64,000 nt of DNA from Cyanophora paradoxa CCMP329 (lineage: Eukaryota; Plantae; Glaucophyta): NCBI GenBank assembly GCA_004431415.1, contig QPMI01000610.1, positions 186,001-250,000 of the forward strand, read 5' to 3'. The position numbers and the translations under genes are program-made. Positions 48,883-59,056 of the stretch are shown piece by piece (position 1 is the first letter of the stretch; every line of letters starts with the position of its first letter). The notes beneath the pieces are model-generated. The model did no database searches. It had not been told where the DNA came from and was given only the letters and a program-made list of their open reading frames with translations.

Positions 48883-51028
48883 ATGGGGAAGAATTCGAAG
48901 CCTGCGTGCTACGCCGTGCTGCGTGGGCGGACGACCGGCATCTTCTACTCGTGGTGCGTACTTCGCATCAGCGGCGCGGCGCGGTGTTCATCGAAGCCGC
49001 AGGCCCGAGACAGAGGCGCAAGTCAAGGGCTTTCAGGGCGGGCACCAGCGCGGATTCACGTCTGAAAGCGAAGCAAGAGCATGGTTGCACAGCCAGGGTT
49101 GGACGGACGCTGCTGCCGCGCATGCGCAGCAGCCGCAGCCCCACCATTGGCATGCGTACGCGCAGTCCAGCCAGGCGGCCCGGAGCGCGCACTTTGCCAG
49201 CGCCGGCGTTCAGCATTCGAGCCCCAGCGCCAGTTCGAGCTCCACGTCCTCGTCCTACCCGGCATCTCCCGCCAGCGTCTCAGCAGCGGCCCCTCCCGAG
49301 GTCCAGCTGACGCCTTCGCAAGTCGGGTGAGCGCGCCCAACCTCTCCCGCCTCTCCGTCTCCGCCGAGCGCGCGCGGTAGGCCCGGATACAAGGTCCCGC
49401 GGACGTTCAAGATGGCGATGGAGGAGCCGGGGGGGGAGGAAGGCGCCGCCCCCGCCCCCGCCCCTGCCCCGCCGCCGGCGCCCACAACGCGAGGCGGCCG
49501 CGTGTCGGCCGAGCTTTCACCCGACGGTGCCGCCGCCCTCGTCGTGATCCCCTTCGACATGTGCGCATGGACGGGCCGCGGCCTCGCGTCCCGTCCGCCG
49601 CGGCCTCACGCCCCCCGCCTCCTCCGCCCGTCGCAGGAAAGATATCTTCAAAGACCGTGTGCCCGGCCGGTGCGAGTGTCCTGTACCCTCCGCACCCCCG
49701 CACGCCGCGTGATTCCGCCGCTCGCGCCGCCCAGGGAGTGGGTCCCGGCCTCGAAGGCGTGGCGTGTACCCAGGGCGAGCTTCGGCCCGCTGCGTCTATT
49801 CCTGGACGAGGTCGGGGGGCGCGCCTCGCCCAGGCTCCGGACCGCCGTGCGCCACGCCCGCCTCCCGCGGACTGCGCGCGCCCGTCCCGCCTCGACCCGC
49901 CCCGCAGCTGGAAGCGGCAGGCGACAAGGCGCAGATCACAGTTGAAATCCAGCTGGAGCCGGACTCGCCGCGCGCGATCGTCAACTGGACGCCCTTCAGC
50001 CGCGCCCTCGTCAACCTGGTCAAGCGCGTCAGCCCCGACCTCCGCTCCTGGGTACGCCGTAGTCACCTTCTCGCGTACCCCCGCGTCTTCCCCAACACCG
50101 TACCCCCAGGTGCCCGAGCAAAAACACTGGACGGTGGCCATCGCTGGCATGCCCTCCCTCGCCGAGCACCTCCTCGAGGCGCCCCCCGTACCCCCCCCTC
50201 CTCCCTATCGTATCCGTACCCGCCGCGCCGCTCGAACCCCGCGCAGGGCGGGTGCAGCCCGTTCCTGGATGGGAGCGCGGAGGTCTTCCACCCCTTCGTC
50301 GTCTTCGCGGGCGAGGTGGAGAGGGCTCTGGAGGCAGCCGCCGCCGCCTCGACCGTTGCCGTCGACGACGGCGACGACGACGACGACGGGGGCGCCGCCC
50401 CCGCCGCCCCGCCCCTCGCCCTCCCGGCCCCTGCGCCGGCCGCGCCCCTGCCCCCGCCCCCCCGGCCCGCCCCGGCCCCGGCCCCTGCTTTCTACGCTCC
50501 CCCCGTGCCCCCGCCGCTCCCCCTCCGGTCCGAGGGCGCGGCGTACCGGCCCCCGAACCCGCCGCCTCCGAAGCGGGCCCGCGTCGACCCGCACCGCCCC
50601 GCTCCCCCCGTCGAGAGGCCGCGCTGCCCGGATTGCCGGCTCGATCTCAAGCCGCGCCACGCCTGCCGCTTCTTCGGGTGAGCACCCCGCCATCCGCCCC
50701 GCCTGCGCTTTCCACGAAGCGACCGAGCGGCGCGCCGCGCAGGTTCTTCGAGTGCCAGGGGTGCCGCCACCGCTGGTCCAGCGGCTACGTGTGGCGCACG
50801 GAGGGCCAGTACGAGAAGCAGGACTGCCGCCGCTGCGACCACTACGGCCTCCCGGACGAGGAGACGGTGCGGCCGCTGGAGAGGGGCCTGGGCGGGCCGG
50901 GCGGCCCGCACGACAGCGAGCGGTGCCACCGCTGCCAGCGCGGCCTCTTCTGCACGCCGGCCGCCTTCGGCGACATGCCGCACGAGGCTTCCCGCATCTC
51001 CCACCTCCTCAGCCGCCGCCACTACTAG
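48883..51028 (+). CDS. RNase H1-type hybrid-binding domain + two HARP-like domains + 3CxxC zinc finger, 9 exons
   Basis: One continuous spliced frame: YAVLRGRTTGIFYSWPETEAQVKGFQGGHQRGFTSESEARAWL; IPFDMKDIFKDRVPGREWVPASKAWRVP; TPFSRALVNLVKRVSPDLRSWVPEQKHWTV; RFFGFFECQGCRHRWSSGYVW...QDCRRC...PHDSERCHRC. Confidence 0.85.
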
Positions 51029-51408
51029 ACCAGCCTCCACCCGGACCTACCCGAACTGTTCCCCGCGCGCGCATCTCGTGATGAACCTTAAGCTTGCCTT
51101 CTGAAAACGCATCGATATCGTTTTTTGGGGGGCCACGGAGTCCCGTTACTCGGGACGGACAAACACAAGCCTACGACTCATATAAGAATACCGAAAACAC
51201 AAATGAAAACGTGCCCTCGATCGACTGCTCGCGTTGGCGGCGCGCGGTACCCGCGTCGACGCCGCCCTGCCTGGCTGCCGAGAGTCCGAGATAAGGATAC
51301 CGAGAAGGAAAAATAACACACGCTAGCATCTACAGAATCTACATAAAGCCGGCGACTGGCCTGGCCTCGACGCCGGCGGAGCGCGCGCGCTTCTTAGGAT
51401 GCGGCGCG

Positions 51409-54400
51409 TCAGCGGCGGTCGTGGGAGCGGGTGCGGCGGGCGACGGGGGTCGCCTGCGTCATCTTGAGGCGCTCGATGACGCCCTTGACGCCGCCCTTGG
51501 GGCCCATCGCGCCCTCCCCGCTCTCCTCCTGCGGGGCCGCCTCGGGGCGGGCCGGCGGCAGAGGCGCGGAGGGGCGGGGCGGGGCGGGGCGCACGGCGTC
51601 TGAGTCCTCGTCGCGCTCGTTGCCGGCGCGGCCGAAGAGCTTGCGCGCCTTGCCCTTGCGCGCCCGGGCCGCCTCGGCCTCCTCCGCCTCGCCCTTGTGG
51701 ACGGAGCGGCCCTCGGGGATGGCCGAGAGCGGCGCCTCGCCCTCCTCCTCGCACGCCGCCTCCTCCTCCTCCTGCGCCGCCTTCGAGCTCGAGGCGCCCT
51801 TGCCCATCAGCTTGCTCGCCAGCTTCCGCGCCCGCCCCATCAGCGCCTCCCCGACCCCTGCCAGCCGCCCCGCCGTCAGCGCCGAGCGAGCGAGTGGGCA
51901 GGCGGGGCGGGGCGGGTGCGGGCCCTTCTTGGAGGGGGTAGCGGCCTCGGCGGCGCCGGCCCTGCCCTCCGACGCGAACGAGTGCGCGCTGACGCTCTCC
52001 TCCGTGGGCGGGTCGCTCGAGAACTCCGCCGAGGAGGCCAGCTTGCCGTCCCCGGACTCGGTCGCCGACGCCGCCGCCGCCGCCGCCGCCTCGGCGCGGG
52101 CGCGGCGGGCGCGGCCGCGGGCCTTGGGGGCGGAAGGCTCGGCGGAGGGGAGGGGCCCGCGGGCGGCGGCGGCCTCGGAGAGGGCGGCGTCGCGCTCGCG
52201 GCGGAGCGCCTCGACCTCCTCCTGCCGCGCCCGCTCCCGCCGCGCCGCCGCCTCGTTGTCCAGCCGCGCCTGGATCGCCCCCCGCTCCAGCTCCGCCACC
52301 CGGCTCCGCAGCCGCTCCCTCTCGGCGTCGGGGGCGCCCCCCAGGGGCCCCTCCCCCGAGGACATGACGGAGCGGGCGCTGCCGGGGTTCCCGCTCGCCT
52401 GCCGCAGCTCCCGCACCTCCGCCGAGAGCTTCGCGATCGTCGCCTGCAGCTTCTGCACCTCCGCCGGCGCCTCGCCGGCCGCGGGGGCGTCGCGGGAGCG
52501 GCGGAGGGCGTCGGCCTTCAGGCGCTCGGCCTCGGCCTCCTTGGCGGCGGCGCGGGCGGCCGCCTCCTCGGCGAGGCGGCTGAGCTCCTGGACCCTCCCG
52601 TTCAGCGTCGCGTTCGCCGCCCGCACGTCCGAGAGCTCCTGCGAGAGCTGCGCGTAGCGCCGCGCCGCCTGGCTCTTCGACTTCTCCTCCTCCCGCGCCC
52701 GCGCCGCCGCCGCCTCGGCCTCGCGCGCCGCCGCCTCGCGCCGGGCCTCGGCCTCGCGCGCCTCGCCGGCCGCCGCCTCGGCGCGAGCCTCAGCGGCGGC
52801 GAGGGCGCGCTCGAGCTCGGAGGCGCGGGCGCCGGCCCCGCGGGCGCCGGTCTCGGCGGCGGAGGCGGCCTCGGCGCGGCGGGCGAGCTCGGCGCGCAGC
52901 TCCTCGATGCGCCGCTCGGCCGCCGCCATCGTCGCCCGCAGCGGCTCCAGCTCGCCCGCCTCGCCCCGCGCACGCGCCAGCTCCTCCCGCGCCGCCTGCG
53001 CCTCCGCCGCGTGCCGGCTCGCCGCGCCCCGCTCCGCCGCCGCCTCGCGCTCCGCCGCCTGCAGCTTCATCTCGAGCTCGGCGGCGCGCCGCTGGAGGGC
53101 GGCCTGCGCGCCGACCGCCTCCTCCGCGCGGCCGCGGGCGGCGGCGAGGGCGCGGGTGACCTCCTCGTGGGCGGCCGCGTGGGCGACCTTCTCGCGGCGC
53201 CACGTCTCCCGCGCCTGCTCGAGGCGCGTGCGCTCCTCGGCCGACTCGGCCGCCCGCTGCTCCCGCTCCGCCGCCAGCTGCGCCTCGAGCAGCTCCACCT
53301 GCTCCATCAGCTCTGCCCCGCCCGGCCTCAGCGGACGCGGCGGAAGAGCGGAGGAAAGGCGGGGGAGGCGCCGCGCACTCGCTTTCTCCTCGTCGGCCTC
53401 GAAGGAGCCGCGGGGCAGGGTGGGGATGCGCTCCTGGGAGGCGCGGATGGCGCCCTCGAGCTGGCGGCGCAGCACGGCGAGCTTCTTCTCCATGAGGACC
53501 TCGCCGAGCTCGGCCTCCTCCTCCATGCGGCGCCGGTACGCCGACTCGAGGTCGCGCAGGCGCTTCTCCATCTCCTCCGCGCACTCCTCGCGCACCTCCG
53601 CCTCGAGGCGCGCGTTCTCGCGCAGCGCCTCCGTCCACTTGAGCCGCAGGTCCTCCACGACGGCCCGCAGCTCCTCCTCCTCCACCTCGTCCGTCTCCAG
53701 CTCCAGGTCCTCCGCCCCCTCGTCCGCCCGCCGCTTCCGCCCGCTCGCCCGCGCCGAGAGGCTCGCCGAGGGGCCGGCCGGCTTGCGGGCCGAGCGGGGC
53801 GGGGCGCCCAGGCCGGGGACGATCTGGGCGGCGAGGGCCGTGAACTTGAGGGCGCAGAGGGTCTCGTCGTAGTCCTCCCGCCGCGGGTTCATGTTCATGA
53901 TCATCACCGTCCGCCCGAACCCATTGAACGCGTCCTGGAAGAGGTGCGTCAGCTTGCTCTGCCGGTACGGCACCACCTGCGCCCCCCCGCCGGCCCCCGT
54001 CAGGCGCCGCGCGGAGGAGCGGCGGCGGCGGCCCCGGGCGCGGCCGGCGGGGCGCACGCGGGGGGCGTCGGGGTGGAGCTGGTTGTAGCGGAGCGCCTCG
54101 ATGCAGCGCGAGAGGTTCGAGAGGGAGACGTTGATCGCCTTCGCCTCCTTCAGGCGCGCATCCGTGTTCCCCGTCCGCTTCGCCCGCTCGCTCCCCGCCA
54201 GGTCCACGAACGAGAGGCGGCTGCAGCGCTCGATGCGCTCCGCGACCGCCTGCGACGAGGCCCCCGCGCGGTTGAACGCCTGCGCCGCCCCCCCGTCAGC
54301 CGGGGCGGCCCGGGAGCGCATGCGGGGCCCCGCCCCGCCATGCCTGGGTGAGCTTGAGGGTGAAGACGGAGTGGGAGCGGGAGGAGTCGACGTTGAGGAC

Positions 54401-55665
54401 GGTCTCCGCGACCTTGCGGTTCCGCTGGCCGCGCTCGAGCAGCCCCCGCGCCTCCTCCACCGTCCGCACTTCCCGCTCCACGATCCCCTGCACGTACACC
54501 CGCCCGTACCCGTCCTCCTTCAGCTTCAGCCCCGGCCGCCGCGCCCCGACGTCCGCCGTCACCGGCGCTGCGCGGCCCCGGCGGGGTCAGACGGGTGCGA
54601 TCAGAAGCTCGCGGGGCGGGGCGCGCCGTCGGCGAGCAGGTCGTAGATCGTCTCGTTGTAGATCTCGCAGTACGAGACGTGCAGGCCGTACTCCGCGTTC
54701 CAGTCCAGCCGCGGCGCCGACGGGTCTGCCGTCCCGCGCCGGGCGCCGCGTCGGCTCCTTGACAGGGGCGCGGGGCGGGGCCCGGAGGCACGCACCCGGG
54801 TGAGGGACGCGGGACTTGGCGGCGCGGATGTGGTCCAGGATCAGGCCGACGGCCCGGGGCAGGATGCCCGGGTCCTCCTTCGACCCCTGGATCGTGTACG
54901 TCTTGCCTGCACCGGCGTGAGGCCGCGCCGGCAGCCCCGCGCCCCGAGAGGCCGCGCCGGCAGCCCCGCGCCCCGAGCCCCGCACCCGAGTTGGTCACGC
55001 CGTACGCGAAGCAGAGCGCCGTCTCGCCGTTGAAGAACGAGTGCACGAGCTCCTTCGTCGTGCTGTCGAAGAACCGCTCCTGTGGCACCTCGGGTCCGAA
55101 AATCTGCACCGCCGCCGCGTCGGACGTCGGGGTTGCCGGCGGCGGATTCGGTTGCGGGCTACCTGGTCAAAGAAGAACGCGTTTCCGTTCTCCGAAGCCT
55201 TGCGCGCGAGCGATCCCTGTTTCGGGCGGCTCAGGGTGCGTTCACGGGCGGCCCGCGGCCCGCGGACCTCCGGCGGCTTCACGGCGACCGACTTCTCGTT
55301 CATGTTCTGCACAATCGTATCGTCCTCGCGCCCGCTATCAGGAGGACGCACACGCAGGTACGTCTGTGCGGCGCCGACGCGGGCGGCGTCAGCAAGCCGG
55401 AGAGCCCCGTAATTGGCCACGCCCGAACCTTGATGGCCTCGTTGGGCCCACTCTTCTTGATCTCCAGTTTAGCGCCATCCAAGCACAACGGTGCGATGGA
55501 TTTCCCTGCTCCAGCAACAACCTGCTTCCCCGGGGTGAAAGCTAGCTTCCGAACGCCGTTCCCGAGCCTGCGCTCCCAGCTCAGTGGCGCGTCTCCGCGG
55601 CCGCAGTCGAGCAACGCACTCTTCGGACTGGCCAGCAAGAGAGTTAGTAGAGTCTTGCATAACAT
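51409..55665 (-). CDS. Kinesin-6 family motor (KIF20/KIF23/MKLP-like) with a long coiled coil; start approximate
   Basis: YLRVRP, P-loop AYGVTNSGKTYT (kinesin-6 type), SYCEIYNE, SSRSHSVF, DLAGSER, VPYRQSKLTHLFQ, DYDETL, EAEVREECAEEM. Confidence 0.93.
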
Positions 55666-55941
55666 CCTTGCGAAAAGTGTTGAACTCACTGTGCGCGGGT
55701 CAGGACAGCCGAACAAGCGGGGGGCCGGCCGGGGAGGGTTCCTACCTTGTCTTGAGGCGCTTGCGCGCGCTGCTTGGCTCCGCAGGGTCCCTGTTCTCCG
55801 CCTCCATTACCTGCTTGGCCGGGCGGCCTGCGACCGTTGTTCTTTGTTGGGGTACGCCACTTTGTTGGGGTACGCTACTCAACAGACAGCGCTTCGATCG
55901 GACGCGCTGCGGACGCGCTACGGGTCTCAGCATGTAGATAG

Positions 55942-57123
55942 ATGGGACCAAAGGCATCGCGTGAGCTCGGCAGGCCGGAGCTGGCAAACCTCTGCCATGG
56001 GACGCACTGTGCGACCTTGTCTTGATCGAAAGTCCTGCAGCTGCTCACGCTGATTCCATGCTGTTTCTATTGCGTAGTTTGCCCAGAGGAAGTCAAGATC
56101 CTCTACCAACACTTCAAGGTTCGCCTTCCCGGCTTTTGGCACAGGCGACCGGTGGCGGACGTCTAGGGGCGCCGGCTAGCCTCTCGTGATTTCACTCATG
56201 TCTTATGGCTGCGCAGGCGATAAGCGGCGCGCTTGTTGACGACGGGTGAGCTTTCTACGATTCTCGTTGGCGTTGGATCTGCCGCCGCTGTCTGTTGATG
56301 GCTTATCTGCAGGCTTATCGACAAGGATGAGTTCAAGGCCGCGCTCGGCATGAACGCGCACAACAATCTCTTTTGTGATCGGTGCGCCTTTTATGAGTTG
56401 CCGCCGCGCTGTTTTGGTCGGCCCTTTCAGTCAGCTCAAACTCTTTCTTTGTTCTGCGCCCCGACAGCCTCTTCTCTTTGTTTGATTCGAATGACGACAA
56501 GCGCATCGACTTCGCGGAGTTCCTTTCTGTCTTGTCCGTCTTCTGCCCCAAGGGTTCGATGGAGGAGAAGATGAAGCGTGCGCCTTCCCCTTTCTCTCTT
56601 GCTCCAGCCGCTCTTCTGAACTCCGTTTACTTTTCTCGCCTCAGTGTCCTTCAAGATCTATGACTTCGGTGCGGACACGTGACGGGCATGAGCCCTGGCG
56701 CAGCTCTGACGCGGCGAGCAGACGGGGATGGTTGCATTACGCGCGACGAGCTCCTCGCCATGCTGCAGGCGTGCCTGTCGGAGAACCGGCTGCGATTGAC
56801 GCCCAGCCAGGTGTGCCCGGCGCGCGCCCTGCCTTGCTGGCGCCCACGCCGACGCCGCGCTGTAGATCGACGAGATACTAGACGCGACGTTCCGAGAGGC
56901 GGACCTCGACGGGAACGGGCGCATCGACTACAACGAGTACCGCGAACTCGTGCTCAGGCACCCCAAGATGTTGAAAAACATGAGTGCGTCCCCCCCCCCC
57001 CCCCCTTCCCTCCCCCCCCGCGCGCCCTGTCCCCGTCCCGCCCCCCTGTGAGGTGCAACGGCTGACTCCCCCGCCCCACCCCGCGCAGCTATCAATATTC
57101 CCACCCTAGCGTCCCCCACATAG
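55942..57123 (+). CDS. CBL: Calcineurin B-like (CBL) EF-hand calcium sensor, 9 exons
   Basis: Spliced MGPKAS...THFAQEEVKILYQHFKAISGALVDDGLIDKDEF (extended first EF-hand loop), NLFCDRLFSLFD, LSVFCPKG..EEKMKLSFKIYD, TFREADLDGNGRID, HPKMLKNMT. Confidence 0.92.
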
Positions 57124-59056
57124 CGCTAGCGTTTGAAAAGTCCTTTCCCTTTCGTGGCGCTCGCCTTCGGGTTGTACATTTGCTGACTTGTAGATGGCGC
57201 TGTAATTTTCCCGAAGCGGCGCATTGTTTTTTAATGTACGCGCAGCCTAGCAGTAGGTTGCTTTTCTGTAGAGTAGGCTCGGGCCGCACGGCCGCCCCTA
57301 GTCCCTAGTTCAGATAGAATGTTGCTCTTCGCTTCCAATATCAACGTAAGAGTAGTACCCGCAGCAGCTGCAGGCTGCTACCGGCTTTCCCATGCTTGGC
57401 CCGAGACCTGGAGGCTGCGCCTCCGGATCCACCTTGGGGGTTGTGCTGTTTTCCAGGTCGCGCGCGTCGCCCGCCTGGGCCGCCAGTGGGCCGGCGCCGC
57501 CGCTCTCCGGATCAGCGTTTGCTGAGTCGCCGCGCCCGTCGCCCGGCGACTGGTCATCGCCGTCTCCGATCGACTCGCCGTGGCGCGCGCCTATACTACA
57601 TATGCATGTGCATGTCCGGCCGCGGAATATTAATTGGATCCGCCGCCGATCCGGATCCGATCCTGTACAAATACTGGTATACGGCGTATACGTACCAGTA
57701 CCGGTTTATATATCCCCCGTACTATCGATATCCCACGCGTATACGTACGGGCGCCGGCCATGTACATGTACATGTACTAGTCACTGTGCCGATCGCGAGC
57801 GCCCCGCATGCGCATGTGCGCACCACATTTACTTATTTATTGTGCCCATGATCCTTCGCCCTTAATGGGAAAATTTTAAGAACCTTGAGCGGCCGCGCGC
57901 GCGCCACGTGCACGTTCACGGTCACCGGGTGCGCGGCCGCAGTACCGGTGATCATGATCATCAATGATCATGAGAAAGGCGCCGGAGCTCTCGCTGCGCA
58001 TGCTGGAGCTCCGGCGTCAGCTGCACTGCGCATGCGGCAGGCTGTCAGTGTGTCCCGGAGTCGACGTCCTGTGAGAGCACGCGATACGTATACTATGATA
58101 CGTGCGCTCCTCGAGCTCCTTCCAGCCGTTTGCCCCGATCCCGGAGTCGGATCCGGAGACGCCAAGCAAATTAAAAACGTGCCGCAGTGCCGCGTCGAGG
58201 TCGAGCCTCGCGCGGCCGGCAGCTTCACGGAATAGCTCCAGCGCTAGCGCTCACGCTCACGCGCACCCGGCCAAGCCCGCGGCCGCGGCGCCGCCGGGCG
58301 CCGGCCGCAGAATGCACAAACTCGTGACTGAAATCGACAGACGCACGCGTATACGTACGTATACGTGGGCGGGCCCTCACCTCCGGCGCCCAGCGCCCCC
58401 CCCACCGCGGCCGGTACCTCGGCCTCCTCAGGGCCTCATGATCAGGGTGCCGCATATGCGCGCAGTACGTGCGCATGCATGCGCATGGGCATGCGCATGT
58501 CAATTTTGCAAGCGCTAGCTCCTTAACTTCAACTTGGCAAGGATATCGCTTTCCGGCAGGCTAGCGCTGCATGCGCGGCGTTGCGCGCAATGCGCAGCTG
58601 CAACTCGAGCACACGAGCATGCATGCATATGAGAGGTTTATCGGCTTTTTTCCTGCGGTGTTTTTTTCACTGCAAAAAATTACGGTACCGGGCTGGCATT
58701 GCAGACTGCAAGCTTGCGCTATCGCTCTTCTCGCCCCGGACCGGTGCGGAAGCATTTGCGGAGCTGCGCATCCAATTTCCGGCTCAAAGTCTCAGCGGGG
58801 ACGCTAAGCCGGCGAGTAACGGCAGCACCACTGCGACAGTCAAGTCGACTTGGCGAACACGATCGGCTCGCGAACGTCGGCGGAGTTGCTTCAGCCGCTT
58901 CCGGCGGCAGTGCGCGCCCGCGCGACCTATAGCTAGCAAACACGAACAGCTGCAGGCCGCGGATCGCACCGATTCAGAGCCCCCCGCCCGCATCAACGGG
59001 CACGCTTCCTCGCGGCAAGCCTGTGTCCGATGCCGGCCTGAGCAACCGTCGAGCGA

